DNA of 64,000 nt from the human T2T-CHM13v2.0 reference genome, Homo sapiens. The position numbers were made by a program, and so were the translations under genes. Positions within the stretch are counted from its first letter, which is position 1; every line of letters begins with the position of its first letter. The stretch is taken from NCBI RefSeq assembly GCF_009914755.1, contig NC_060932.1. One strand, given 5' to 3'. Positions 1-24,659 of the stretch are shown in pieces. The notes under the pieces were generated by a model that was given only the letters and a program-made list of their open reading frames with translations, did not search any database and was not told the origin of the DNA.

Positions 1-275
1 CTGAAGCACAGAGTGGATGGCTGTAAACAACAGAAATTTATTTCTCACAGATCTGGAGGTTGGGAAGTGCAGGAACCAGGTGCTGGCAGATTCCGTGTCT
101 GGTGTGGCCACTTCCTGGTTCAAGATGGCATCTGTGTCCTCGCCTGCTGGAAAGGGCCAGGAGCCTTTCTCTAGCCTCCTTTATGAGAGCAGTCATCCCA
201 TCCCAAAGTCCTCACCTCCTCATACCATCACCTTCGGGGTTAGGATTTCAACAGATAACAAACATTCAGGCCATA
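1..275 (-). mobile_element. MaLR LTR fragment (MLT1A/MST-like)
   Basis: Typical antisense MaLR LTR text: 'aaacaacagaaatttatttctcacagatctggaggttgggaagt...ccatcaccttcggggttaggatttcaaca...cattcaggccatag'. Confidence 0.75.
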
Positions 276-945
276 GATAGCGCCGTGTCTTACAGCAACA
301 GTCTTTCTCATGCTCCTTCAGGCTTCCCAGTGCTGGAGTATTGTAAACAAAAAGAAAAAGAGCAGGAAGATAGTCTGTCTGTTCACATCTCTCTTTGATT
401 GGCCCTATACCTTAATCTCTAACAGTCAGAAAATCCTTTATGCTAAAATTACCTTAGGATTATTTATGTGAGAATTTTCTCCTTCATAGTCATACAAACA
501 TTTTTGTGCCAATTTCCCCTATTTTATTGGTATGCCACTCTTGTGTATTTCATGTGCAGCTTTTTCAATTTAGAAAAATATTTTCTCTAAAATTAAAGAA
601 ATGTGTTTTAAAATCCTTTCGAAAGTGAATTTGTCAGTCTTTCTGCTTGGGTTTTGGTGAGCTTTCTCTAACATTATTAATGACCTACAGTTCATATCAA
701 ATAGCTGTGGCAGTGAACATTCAAAATTAATTTTGTTTCCCATGAAAGACAATTAGGTATTCATCTGGGTATCCTACACCATTTCCCTTCTCTCTCAGAG
801 CTTCTCAAATCCTGTCTACATCGTATCTGATGCTTTTGACATGTCACTATTCCTATTCTGTGTCCAAGCAGGGAAGGGTTCAAGGTCAAAACGGATCCAG
901 ATTTCTTCAAGATGTTCCATCTTTGGGCGAACTTAAGAAATATTG

Positions 946-1107
946 GGCCGGGCGCGGTGGCTCATGCCTACAATCCCAGCATCTTTGGGAGGCTAAAGCA
1001 GGAGGATCCCTTGAGCCCAGGAGTTTGAAGCTGTAGTGAGCTGTGATTGTGCCACGGCACTCTAGCCTGGGGACGGAGTGAGAACTTTTCTCTTAAGAAA
1101 AAGAAGA
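946..1107 (+). mobile_element. Alu monomer (FAM/FRAM-like)
   Basis: GGCCGGGCGCGGTGGCTCA start, single arm, A-rich tail. Confidence 0.8.
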
Positions 1108-1143
1108 GATAATAATAGCATTTGTAATTTTGAATTGTTTTAA

Positions 1144-1478
1144 GGCAGCGGTCCACAGCCTTTTTGGCACCGGGGATTGGTTTTGTGGAAGACAATTTTT
1201 CCATGGACCAGGGCGGGGGTGGTTTCAGGACGAAACTGTTCCACCTCAGATCCTCAGGCATTGGATTCTCATAAGGAGCGCACAACCTAGATCCCTTGTC
1301 TGCACAGTTCACAATAGGGTTGGTGCTCCGATGAGAATCTGATGCCACACTGATACCAGAGGAGGCAGAGTTCAAGCTGAAATGCTCACTCGCCTGGCCT
1401 CACCTCCTGCTATGTGGCCCAGTTCCTAACAGGCCACAGACCGGAACTGGTCCATAGCCTGGGGGTTGGGGATCCCTC
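1144..1478. mobile_element. MER1B-like hAT-Charlie DNA transposon
   Basis: 'ctttttggcaccggggattggttttgtggaagacaatttttccatggacc...tctcataaggagcgcacaacctagatccc...ggggttggggatccct' matches the recalled MER1 consensus and termini. Confidence 0.85.
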
Positions 1479-1550
1479 TTATAAGGAATATCACTGGTCT
1501 CAGATGTGCAGTTGAATCCACATCTCTTAGTAACAAATTAAAACAATGTA

Positions 1551-3710
<2,160 letters not shown>

Positions 3711-3799
3711 AGAATTAGTTTTAAAGAGTTTATTCAAGCAAAAAGCTGGGAATAGCTACCTAGGAGACACTGACTGCAGAGAAATGGGTTCAATGTTCC

Positions 3800-4139
3800 T
3801 GTATTAGTCTGCTTTCACACTGCTGATAAAGACATACCCAAGACTGGGCAATTTACAAAAGAAAGAGGTTTATTGGACTTAGAGTTCCATGTGGCTGGGG
3901 AGGCCTCACAATCATGATGGAAGGTGAAAGGCATGTCTCATATGGTGGCAGGCAAGAGAGCTTGTGCAGGGAAACTCCCCTTTATATAACCATCAGATCC
4001 TGTGAGCCATACTCACTATCACGAGAACAGCACAGGAAAGACCTGCCCCTGAGATTCAATTACCTTCCTACCAGGTTCCTCCTACAACACGTGGGAATTC
4101 CAGATGAGATTTGGGTGGGGACACAGCCAAACCATATCA
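3800..4139 (-). mobile_element. THE1-family solo LTR with 5-bp target site duplication
   Basis: TGTATTAGTC...AAACCATATCA termini, flanked by GTTCC at 3795-3799 and 4140-4144. Confidence 0.92.
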
Positions 4140-4524
4140 GTTCCAAAGTTAAAAGTTAAGTTCTTGCTTATTAGAGACAGAAAACAAAGACGTTTACCTG
4201 GATTACAAAATTTTCTATACAAGGCTGGTTTAAGAGGTACGACAAATTAATTAGTTGGTTTCAGTGTGTTTTCTTTTCCCTACAGCATGTTTTCATTTCC
4301 TTTCTAACTTAAAAGAGTATATTTAACATTCCATCTTAATACAACTTGAGAGCCATAAAGCCTTTGTGTGAGGCAGCTGAGAAGGAGGTTAATCTACAGT
4401 GAAAGTCAACATTGGAGAGGCAAGGGCTCTTCCCTGGTACCCTTCAGCCATTTACAGCCTTTTACGAAACAATGCATGCAAGGAAGAAGGCTTAATCTAA
4501 AATCAGAGAAAAAAAAGGTTCTAG

Positions 4525-4896
<372 letters not shown>

Positions 4897-5020
4897 TAAA
4901 ATAATTTAGAGTTTCAACAGCTTAGATTTTGAATTATTTATTTTCACTGATAATTTATAGCTTCATATATTGGCAAATCTCAAAAATCTCAAAAAACATA
5001 ACATGGAATGAAAAAGGCAG

Positions 5021-6470
<1,450 letters not shown>

Positions 6471-6818
6471 CAATTAGCTGGGGCAGCCCCACGAGGTGTC
6501 TGCAGGCCTGCGTACACATCCTGCCTGTGCAGATGAGTGCCCTGACGGGGACGGAGAACTTCCCCTCCACCCTCTGAGCATTTGATACCTGAGCCTGTGG
6601 ATCAATTGACCACAGGCAGATGAACAGGAGAAAAGGTGGACAAATATCTTCCATGCACAGGGCCATCCCAGGAAAGAAAAGTAAATATCTACACTAAACC
6701 CAGGGAGATCTAGAAGCTCTGACACTCTCAGCACAGGGGAGATGCAGGGGGATGTAGGCAACTTCAGGAGAGTCGATGTATTACATGGCATTTTTTGTAT
6801 TTTTAAATTTTAATTTAA

Positions 6819-7157
<339 letters not shown>

Positions 7158-7247
7158 TGATTTCTTATTAATACCTCCAATAATCTTTCTCTAAAGAGAA
7201 AACCAATTTTTATCTTTGCATCAGTATACTACTAATACTAAAGTTAA

Positions 7248-7562
<315 letters not shown>

Positions 7563-7794
7563 TAACTTTATAAACATATCTATCCGATTTCAGTTTTTAT
7601 CACAGAAGATAAGATTTCCAAAAACATTTTATAACCTTTTACAACTTTCTATTAAAGAGCGGATCAATGCTCCAGGAAAACTCTGTTATTCCAACACAGG
7701 GCCCAGACTCTGGCTCTGCATCTGTGTGCTTTGTATATTAATGCTCAATTTTTAGTAAAACTAAATGATCCCCTTCTAATTTTAGCCATCTTGA

Positions 7795-7977
<183 letters not shown>

Positions 7978-8050
7978 TAATTTTTGTATTTTTAGTAGAT
8001 AAGGGGTTTCACCCATGTTGGCGTCTTATTTTTTTTGGGACAAGGTCTCA

Positions 8051-8480
8051 CTCTGTGGCCCAGGCTGGAGTACAGTGGCGTGAACGTGGCTCACTGTGTC
8101 GCCCAGGCTGGAGTACAGTGGCGTGAACGTGGCTCACTGTGTCGCCCAGGCTGGAGTACAGTGGCGTGAACGTGGCTCACTGTGTCGCCCAGGCTGGAGT
8201 ACAGTGGCGTGAACGTGGCTCACTCTGTCGCCCAGGCTGGAGTACAGTGGCGTGAACGTGGCTCACTCTGTCGCCCAGGCTGGAGTACAGTGGCGTGAAG
8301 GTGGCTCACTCTGTCGCCCAGGCTGGAGTACAGTGGCGTGAACGTGGCTCACTCTGTCGCCCAGGCTGGAGTACAGTGGCGTGAACGTGGCTCACTCTGT
8401 CGCCCAGGCTGGAGTACAGTGGCGTGAACGTGGCTCACTCTGTCGCCCAGGCTGGAGTACAGTGGCGTGAACGTGGCTCA
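8051..8480. repeat. Alu-derived minisatellite, 10 x 43 bp
   Basis: Unit ctctgtcgcccaggctggagtacagtggcgtgaacgtggctca repeats 10 times, then the host antisense Alu continues (ctgcagccttg...). Confidence 0.97.
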
Positions 8481-9445
8481 CTGCAGCCTTGTACTCCTAG
8501 GTTCAAGCAATCCTCCCGCCGCAGCCTTTTGAGTAGCTAGGACTACAGGTATGTGCCACCACACCTGGCTAATTCTTTGGATTTTTAGTAGAGATGAGGT
8601 CTTGCTATGTTGCCCAGGCTTATCTTGAAGTCCTGAGCTCAAGCAGTCCTCCCACCTTGGCCTCCCAAAGTGCTGGGATTACAGGTGTGAGCCACTGAGC
8701 CCAGCCAGAAAATTCTTTCCACAAGATTCATCTTCCACAAACCTTGCACAACTCACTACCCCTCCAGTTTTAGCCTATACTTCCTTTTTATATTGGCATT
8801 CTGTACTAGGACCAAAATTGTTTTCCTTCCCCCATTATTTTGACCACACAAAATTCTCCTATGTAAAAGAAAAAAAATTGGCCAGGTGTGGTGGCTCATG
8901 CCTGTAATCCCAACACTTTGGGAGGCTGAGGTGGGTGGTTCACAAGGTCAGGAGTTCGAGACCACCCTGGGCAACATGGTGAAACCCAGCCTCTACCAAA
9001 AATATAACAAAATTAGCCGGGTATGGTGGAAGGCGCCTGTAATCCTAGCTTCTCCGGAGACTGAGGTAGGAGAATTGCTTGAACCTGGGAGGCGGAGGTT
9101 GCAGTGAGCCAAGATCACACTACTGCACTCCAGCCTGGGCAACGGAACGAGACGCCAGGTGCAGTGGCTCATGCCTGTAATCCCAGCACTTTGGGAGGCC
9201 GAGACTGGTAGATCACCTGAGGTCAGGAGTTCGAGACCAGCCTGACCAATATGGTGAAACCCCGTCTCTAATAAAAATACAAAAATTAGCTGGCGTGGTG
9301 GTGGGTGCCTGTAGTCCCAGTTACTCGGGAGGCTGAGACAGGAGAATTGCTTGAACCTGAGGCAGAGGTTGCAGTGAGCTGAGATCGTGCCACTGCACTC
9401 CAGCCTGGGCGACACAGCGAGACTCCGTCTCAAACAAAACAAAAC

Positions 9446-9446
<1 letters not shown>

Positions 9447-9480
<34 letters not shown>
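9447..9480. repeat. (AC)n microsatellite in an Alu tail
   Basis: Perfect AC run directly after 'caaacaaaacaaaaca'. Confidence 0.97.
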
Positions 9481-9484
<4 letters not shown>

Positions 9485-9599
9485 TGTGAACCACTGCTGT
9501 TGGCCACCTCCAAAACTGCACAGCCCCCTGTGTAATTAACACTCACTGCAGACCACTGCTGTCAGCCACCTCCAAAACTGCAGCTCTCACCTATGACTA

Positions 9600-10058
<459 letters not shown>

Positions 10059-10157
10059 TTAGACCTGAGAGGACCCTGTCCATGACTCTTCAGCCTCCAC
10101 AGGACGACCCAAAAGGGTGTGAGTGCCACCTTTTTCTGTGTTCCTTAAGGGGTCTGA

Positions 10158-10559
<402 letters not shown>

Positions 10560-10573
10560 TAAAAAAATATTTT

Positions 10574-11373
10574 TGAGGAAGGGCAGGCGAGCCCCAAAAT
10601 TGTGGCTTAGCCCACGAGGGTTCTTGGCTTTGCCCAGGAAAGAATTCAAGAGCGAGCCTATGGTGTTCAAAGCACCTTTGATTGAAGTGGCGTGTACAGC
10701 AGCAGCAGAGGGACTGCTCCTTGCAGACAGGGCTACCCCATAGGCAGTGAGCCCAGGGAAGCAGCTCAGAGGCACTTCTGCAGTCACATGTATATCCACT
10801 TTTAATCATATGCAAATTAAGGGGTAGCTTATGCAGAAATTTCTAGAATTAGGCCAGGTGAGGTGGCTCATGCCTGTAATCCCAGCACTTTGGGAGGCCA
10901 AGGCAGGCAGATCACCTGAGGTCAGGGGTTCGAGACCAGCCTGACCAACATGGTGAAACCCATCTCTACTAAAAATACAAATATTAACCAGGTGTGGTAG
11001 CGCACGCCTGTGGTCCCACTACTTAGGAAGCTGAGGCAGGAGAATCACTTGAACCCTGGGGGCAGAGGCTGCAGTGAGCCGAGATCACGCCATTGCACTC
11101 CAGCCTGGGCAACAGAGTGAGAACCTGTCTCAAAAAAAAAAAAAAAAAAAAAGAAATTTCTAGAATTAGCTTGGTAAGTTCTGCATTGTCTGTTTGTTGC
11201 CATGGAAAGAGGCGGTAGCTTCCGGTGTTGCCATGGCAATGGTAAACTGATATGGCACACTGGTGGGTGTGCCTTACAGGAGGCTCTTCTGCCCTGGACC
11301 TGTTTTAGCTAGTCCTCAGTTTGGTCCCATGTCCAAGCCCTGCCTCCGGAGTTGAGCTCCACCTCCTACCTCA
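10574..11373 (-). mobile_element. ERV1-class LTR (MER66/MER51-like) interrupted by an Alu at about 10851-11152
   Basis: The minus strand begins TGAGGTAGGAGG and ends ...CCTCA. The inserted Alu is flanked by duplicated agaaatttctagaatt. Subfamily uncertain. Confidence 0.75.
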
Positions 11374-11394
11374 TTTTCTTTTTTTCTTTTTTAG

Positions 11395-11764
<370 letters not shown>

Positions 11765-12794
11765 TGAGTCTTGTGTGGGCTCAGCGATGCCCCTCCTTGC
11801 ACGCATCACTCGTTTTCTCCCGGTGTCTGTCCCTCAAGATGGCCACTACTGCCACAACTCCCATCTGCACGTCTCGGGTCCTTCTCCAGCTACCAGCAGA
11901 TTTTAAAAATCTTTTAATTTTTTGGCCTCACTTAGCAGCAAGGTCTCAAACTTACATCCCAAAGTGACCTTCTGTTCTTCTTTCACCTTTCTCCCACCTG
12001 CCCCACCCTGCGTCACCATGGATGTCAGCTTCCTGCCCACTCCCCACCCTCCTGTGAACCCTCCCTCGGCCTTCAGAGCCAGTCCCTGCCTCTTCCTGGC
12101 TCGGTCCAGTCTCACCCCAGGTGCTCTGCTGTGTGGCTGCCATTGCCACCGTCCTCACCCTGTCCTCTGTGGTCACCACGCAGCCAACGTGTCTTTCCAG
12201 TGTCATCTGGCTTTTGTTACACTCCTGCTCAGAAGCCAGTGTGGGCTTCCTGTGTGGCTTGGACCGGGACCACACAATCTGCCCCACCCAGTAGTTATCT
12301 CGGAAAGACTAATTCCCAAGCTGTCTTCAGCCCTCCATTGTCATCAACTTGTCCCCAGACTCCATTCGCCCAAAGCAGGAAAGCTCTGCTCATGGCCCGA
12401 AGACACAGTGGCCTTCCTCAGGGACATTTCCCAGACAGTTTTGTGCTTGCTCCCGTACCAAGACCACCCATGGCCTGTTTTCCTAAACCCCACATCCCAG
12501 ATAGCTTGAAACTATGTTTTGGGATCTTTTATCAGAATTTCTGCTTTGTCTTCAGAATGGCTCCGTCCCCTCAAATCCCTATAAATTCCCTTTCTGGCTG
12601 AATGCAGTTTCTTTGGACAGCTTTCCTTTCTTGAGCTCTGGTTATGGCAACAGCGCCAGCCTCATCTTGCATGGCAGCCTCCCCTCGGGCCTTTTGCCTT
12701 CCAGCCACACTCCTTGGTTTTGGCATTGTACTTGCTCTAGGTCAAGGGCTTTGGAGGCAGATGGCTACATCTGAGGCCTCCTCCAGCATGTCCT

Positions 12795-12900
12795 GGCTGA
12801 TACCTTAGGTGAGCCATTTGGCTTCCCTATTTCTGTTTCCTCATCTATAAAATGGAGATAATATTAGAAGTCACCTGGCAAGGCTGCTGTGGCTCGAGGG
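12795..12900. mobile_element. MIR core fragment
   Basis: 'ctgtttcctcatctataaaatggagataata' is the MIR core motif. Confidence 0.8.
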
Positions 12901-13425
12901 GGCTCCTAGGTGGGGAGCAGACTTTCACGGAGTGGTGTTGGACCTGTGGAGGGGAAGACACAAGAGGCAGGAGTGGGGCTGTGATGCCATCAAGCACAGC
13001 GGCTACTGGTCCCCCACAGGGAGCTCTGCCACAGAAGTGGTCCTCAGGGCTGTCCTCGGTTGGACCAGGATGTCCAGGACTTTGCAATGTGGGCTGTCCC
13101 AGGGAAGGGTGTGACCCTGGCGAGTTGCAGCTGATGGCTGAAGGCCGCTTACCACACCCTGAACAACTGGGACACCCAGCCTGTCACTGGAGGGGTCTCC
13201 CGGGGCCTCTCATCGCAGCATCCACCACAGTTGCTGAGGTCCACATGGGCCAGGCACTGGGCTAGACATGGAACGAGACGGGGGTCCCTGACCTTACGGA
13301 GCTTCCTTTCTACTGGCAGGGACAATCAGTACCAAACAAGTAAACTCAAAGTATTAAGTGCCAGCCGGGCATGGTGGCTCAGGCCTGTAATCCCAGCACT
13401 TTGGAAGGCCGAGGCGGGTGGATCA

Positions 13426-13723
<298 letters not shown>

Positions 13724-14477
13724 TCAGGTGTACAAGGCAGATTTTGATCTGTGACAACCTGCTCAGGCGGTGTTCTCAAGCTCTTTGGGCCTGCGGACAG
13801 GGAGGCTGAAAGGTCTGTAAGCCCCGTGGGGAAGAGGCCTCAAGCCCTTCTCGCCTTAAGAGCTGGGTCCCATGGTAAGCTGGCAATAGGGTTGCAGCAG
13901 CCAAGGTCTCCGGGCCTGGATGAAAGGTGGGGTCGCTCAATGTAGGGCTTTCACACACACCCCTGGAACACAGAAGCCTTTCCAAGAGCCGGGGAGCCCC
14001 TGGAGAATCACAGCAGGAGTTCCACATGGATTCTGCCCTGGAATTCCTGTAGAAGGTCCTTGGATGAGGGCACGCGCCTAGCGTGTCCCCCTTGGCCACA
14101 GCTCCTTCTCCCACGTTGCTTCTCTTCCTTTATTCACCCTGGTACCTGGCCTTGGTACCTGGGCTGTCCTCCTCATCAAAGGGACAATTCAAAACTCTGC
14201 AGTTGATTTTAAGAAAGTAGGTGAATTTATTGGCTGGGAAAGACTTCATGTAGTTTTGCACTTTAGGTTACTTCTAATTCTTTGTTTGCTTCTGTCAAAA
14301 TTTAAAAAGGACCTATTCAAGTGGTCAACTGACAGGTCATTAAGTACACTTGGTGATAAACTGCTGTTATGTTTTTTGCATATAAGTCAGAAAGAGCTAA
14401 AGAAATTGAGTGTCGGCTGGGCACAGCGGTTCACGCCTGTAATCCCAGCACTTTGGGAGGCCAAGGCGGGTGGATCA

Positions 14478-14699
<222 letters not shown>

Positions 14700-14927
14700 T
14701 CAAAAAATAAAAATAAAAATAAATTGAGCGTCATTGCTAAAACAAAATTCCTCCCAATCCTATCTAACAATTTAGGTAAACAAGTTTCCTCAGTGCTAGC
14801 AGAAAAATGGAAAAAGAAAACCCAAAATACGAATATAATGTTTTTTTGGTGGGGGGGGGGGGGCAGGGGAATGTAATTATTTCGATTATTTCGGACTGTG
14901 ACTCATTCTAGCAATGAGTAATGTCTA

Positions 14928-15608
<681 letters not shown>

Positions 15609-16974
15609 TTAGCCGCAGCCCCGGCTGGCTCCGGAGCCCGGCCGCCTTGCCAGGGCACAGTCCGCCGAGAGGGCCGGGCGGGGTCCGCAGGCCGCTGCCC
15701 GCCCCGCTAGGGCGTCCAGGAGCGGGGCCTTGGCTAGTCAGTCTCCCGGACGCAGCCACGGCCGCCCCCGCGAGGCTGCGGCGTCTCTCCAGCGAGCCCG
15801 CCTCGGGCCCGAGCCTGGGGTCTTCTCCCTGAGGAGCGCCGTGTGGGTACCCCTGGTTCCCTCTCCTTCCCCCCGCCCTGAGCCCAGGCCGGAGAGCCGC
15901 GGGCTTGAGTGTCCGTGTCGCAGTCTTCAGGTCCGCCAGGCCTGCGTGAGGTTGATGCCGCAGACATGTTTTACGGTGTGGCAGGACTGGGTGTGGGCGT
16001 TCCCGCGGCTGTGCCTGAACCCTGCCTCCGCTCCCTGGGGCCTCGAGGCCTCTCGGTGCTGGAGGAGATGCAGCGCCAGCATCTTCTGTGCTGTTGGGGA
16101 TAGGGGTGGGGAGGGAAACATGATGAGCAGAATTAGAATTAAGTACAAGACTTGGACCTGGAGAATTCCCAGATGGGGAGAGGTGGTGTGGCTACGCTGT
16201 CCTGCTTTTTCTTGAAGGTACCCTTTTCCCTTCGCGTCTTTAAGAATCCCAGTGGCGTTCTCTGTGCTTCTGTCAAGGCTGTCTTGCTCCCTTCACACAC
16301 AGGCTACGTCATGGTCCAGGGACTCTCAGGGTCTGGGCAGCGCCTGGATGCTGGCCTCAGACTCATAGGTAGTTGGTGTGAAGCAGCTCAGGGAGCTGCC
16401 GAGCTTGTCTTCGCTGCCTCAGGGTCATGGAAGATGACCCAGGAGAGGACACAGGGGGCTCGTCGTTGTCCTTGGGCAGAGCCCTGAGCAGCATGCCGGT
16501 AGCAGAAGCCAAATGGCCTGGGTGGGGCGGGGGCAGTTGACAGCTGGCTCCAGTTCTCTGACCTTACGCTTCTTACCTCCCTGAACTTCCGGGGCATCGT
16601 GGGGAGCACTAGGAACAGAAGCGCTCCCTGCCTAGCCTGTGGCGCCCAGTAGGCCCCTTGGTGTGGCGCGGGGCAAGGAGGTCCAGATGTTAGTGGAGCT
16701 CTAGTCCACGTCTCACTCGGTTGCCCTCTGGTTCTGCTTTTCCTGTTTCCTGAGGGTGAAGCTTGGTGTATCCTGTTAATTTCTTCAGGCTGTAAGCAAC
16801 ACACAGTGACTCTGGCTGGGAGCTTGAGGCTGGAATATCCCCTTACCAGTGTGGGTGCAAGAGCTGGGGGCTTCTAATGCCAGATGGGACACCCCTAGAC
16901 ACCCCAGAGCTGCTGTGGCTGCTGATGATACACAACATCTGCTGTTGAGACAATTTCAAGTGATATTTATTTAT

Positions 16975-19075
<2,101 letters not shown>

Positions 19076-19484
19076 AGTTTGAATTTATCATCATGGGGAG
19101 AATTGAATCTGAATATTTTGAGTTGTATATTAGCATTATTTAAGACGTAGGTTAAAGTTGCTGTAACAGATTCAAATACGGTGTTTCAAATAAGAAACTT
19201 GAGTTGTCTTATTCTCTCTTAAAGGTAGGGTTGGCCTCCAGGGACTCTGGCTGCCCTGCCTCATCAGCACTGTGGGGAGGGGAGAGAGTGGACAGCACGC
19301 ACACATCACTTCCCTTCTCGCCTCATCTTGGTCACAAACTCACCTAACTTAAGGGGACACTAGGAAATGTCATTTATGGGGCAGTCATTAGTAATTTGAT
19401 GGGGTTTCTAACACTTAAAGGAAGAAGGAAACAGGAATGCTAGGGAACCACATTGGCTACCCAAGTGTCCAGTGGACCTTTCAT

Positions 19485-21900
<2,416 letters not shown>

Positions 21901-21936
21901 TTAGATTCCTGTTACCTGCCGGGCACCTGGCATGGG

Positions 21937-22518
21937 TGTGGAGGGCAGAGTTCTGAGGTGGTCTCTTAGATTCCTGGCCCCTAATGTACACACCCCTTCT
22001 TCCAGTTACTCATTCAGACACTCATCTGGTACTGTCATGAAGAGACTTGCAGATGTCGGGAGGTCCCAGGTCAGTGAGGTGAGAAGGGAGGTCGTCTGGG
22101 AGAGCCTGACCTAATCACACAGACCCTGGGAAGCAGAGGTTCCTCCATCTGGTTGGAGAACAGAGGCTGAGATTAGATGCGTGAGAAAAATGTGATGTGC
22201 TGTGCCTGCCTTGAGATTCAGGTGGCCCCTAGGGACGGCTCCTGCTCACAGCCAGTAAGCACACAGGGTTCTTAGTCCTACAGTTGCAGGGAACTGGATT
22301 CTGCCACGAAATCTGAATGAGTTTGGAAACCAGTTTTCCCCAGGGCCTCCAGGTGAGAGCTCAGCCCGATGACATACAGTTGCAGCTTTGCGTGACCCTG
22401 CGTGGAGATCCCAGCTGGCCTGGCCTGGATGTGTGACCTGCAGAACTGTAGGGTAACAAATGCATGCTGCTTTAAGCTGCTGAGTTTGTGTAAATTGTTT
22501 TTGGAGCAGTGGATAACT
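21937..22518 (+). mobile_element. MLT1E/F-like MaLR LTR
   Basis: 'tgtggagggcagagttctgaggtgg...' start and 'gctttaagctgctgagtttgtgtaaattgtt...gataact' end. Confidence 0.75.
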
Positions 22519-23008
22519 GGGAGAGGGCTTGGCACTGGGCGGGTGGAGTCCCCTTCTTGGAAGCAGTTCCCAGAGTGAGGATTCCCAGACTGCAGGCTGG
22601 GGCATTGCCCTCCACAGCGGGGTTGGATAGAGCATCCCAGTGCCTGCGTGAGGTCGCATAATTCCGGGTCCAGTCAGCTTTTCCAAAGTGAGCACCTGTG
22701 TGACTCAGGGCACCACCATGTGCCCCTGCCAGTGACAGTGTCTCCTGAACACCATTGCAGCTTACATCCTTCCACCAGGGATTGGCTCTCTGTTTTCTAG
22801 CTTTATGTAAATGGAGTCGTACAATATGAGCTCTTTTGTGCCTGGCTGCTTTTGCTCAGCACTTCGTCTGTTGTGAGGTCCACCTGTGCTTTTATGTGTG
22901 GCAGTTTTTTTTCTGTGCATTATTGTTTGTGTGAGTCTTCTGTTGCTAGATATTTAGGGTGTTAGAATGTTGCTAAGAACACTCTAGCTACAGACTTCTG
23001 CAGGGTAG

Positions 23009-23416
<408 letters not shown>

Positions 23417-24051
23417 TAAACGAGCAGAACCTCCAGTTTTATTTACTGGCTTCTGGGCTGGGCTGATCCCCCCTCCCTCATTATATTGGCAGTGGCCTTG
23501 AGGTATTGAAGACAGTAGTAGTGGATGGGAAGGCAACATTACTGATCTTCGCAGTGGCCCGGCTCCCACTGCCCAGCAAGAACCCCAAAGAGAAGGCTCT
23601 TGAGGCGAGACAGTCAGCCTTCTCATCCTGAGAGCCACATTAATGGGTCCTCAGTGCATAAGCAGAATATATATGGAAATTAAGCAAATACATGGCTGGG
23701 TGTGGTGGCTCACTCCTGTAACCCCAGCACTTTGGGAGGCCAAGGTGGCTGGACTGCTTGAGGCCAGGAGTTTGAGACCAGCCTGGCCAATATGGAGAAG
23801 CCCCATCTCTACTAAAAATACACAAGAATTGCTTGAACCCAGGAGGCGGAGGTTGCAGTGAGCTGAGATCACGCCACCATGCAATCAGCCTGTGCGAGAG
23901 AGCAAGACTATCTTCAAAAAAAAAAAAAAAGCCCGGGCGCAGTTGCTCAAGCCTGTAATCCCAGCACTTTGGGAGGCCAAGGTGGGCTGATCACCTGAGT
24001 TTGGGAGTTCGAGACCAGCCTAACCAACACGGAGAAACCCCATCTCTACTA

Positions 24052-24210
<159 letters not shown>

Positions 24211-24659
24211 TCAAAAAAAAAAAAAGAGAGAAAATACAAATGGTCGGCCGAGCGTGGTGGCTCACGCCTGTAATCCCAGCACTTTGGGAGGCCAAGGCGG
24301 GCGGATCACAAGGTCAGGAGATCGAGACCATCCTGGCTAACGGTGAAACCCCGTCTCTCCTAAAAATACAAAAAAATTGGCCAGGCATGGTGGCGGGCGC
24401 CTGTAGTCCCAGTTGCTCGGCAGGAGAATGGCGTGAACCCAGGAGGCAGAGCCTGCAGTGAGCTGAGATGGCGCCACTGCACTCCAGCCTGGGCAACAGA
24501 TCGAGACTCCATCTCAAAAAAAAAAAAGACAAATCCTCAGACTTGAGGCTGGTAAAGTGCAGGCGCCAAGAAAGAAACTTTCTCTCAAAGCAGTCACTGT
24601 TCCTTTGGTCTCTGCTTTCAGAGAGTGGATTCTGGCTTCCCCCCTTTCCATGGCAGAGC

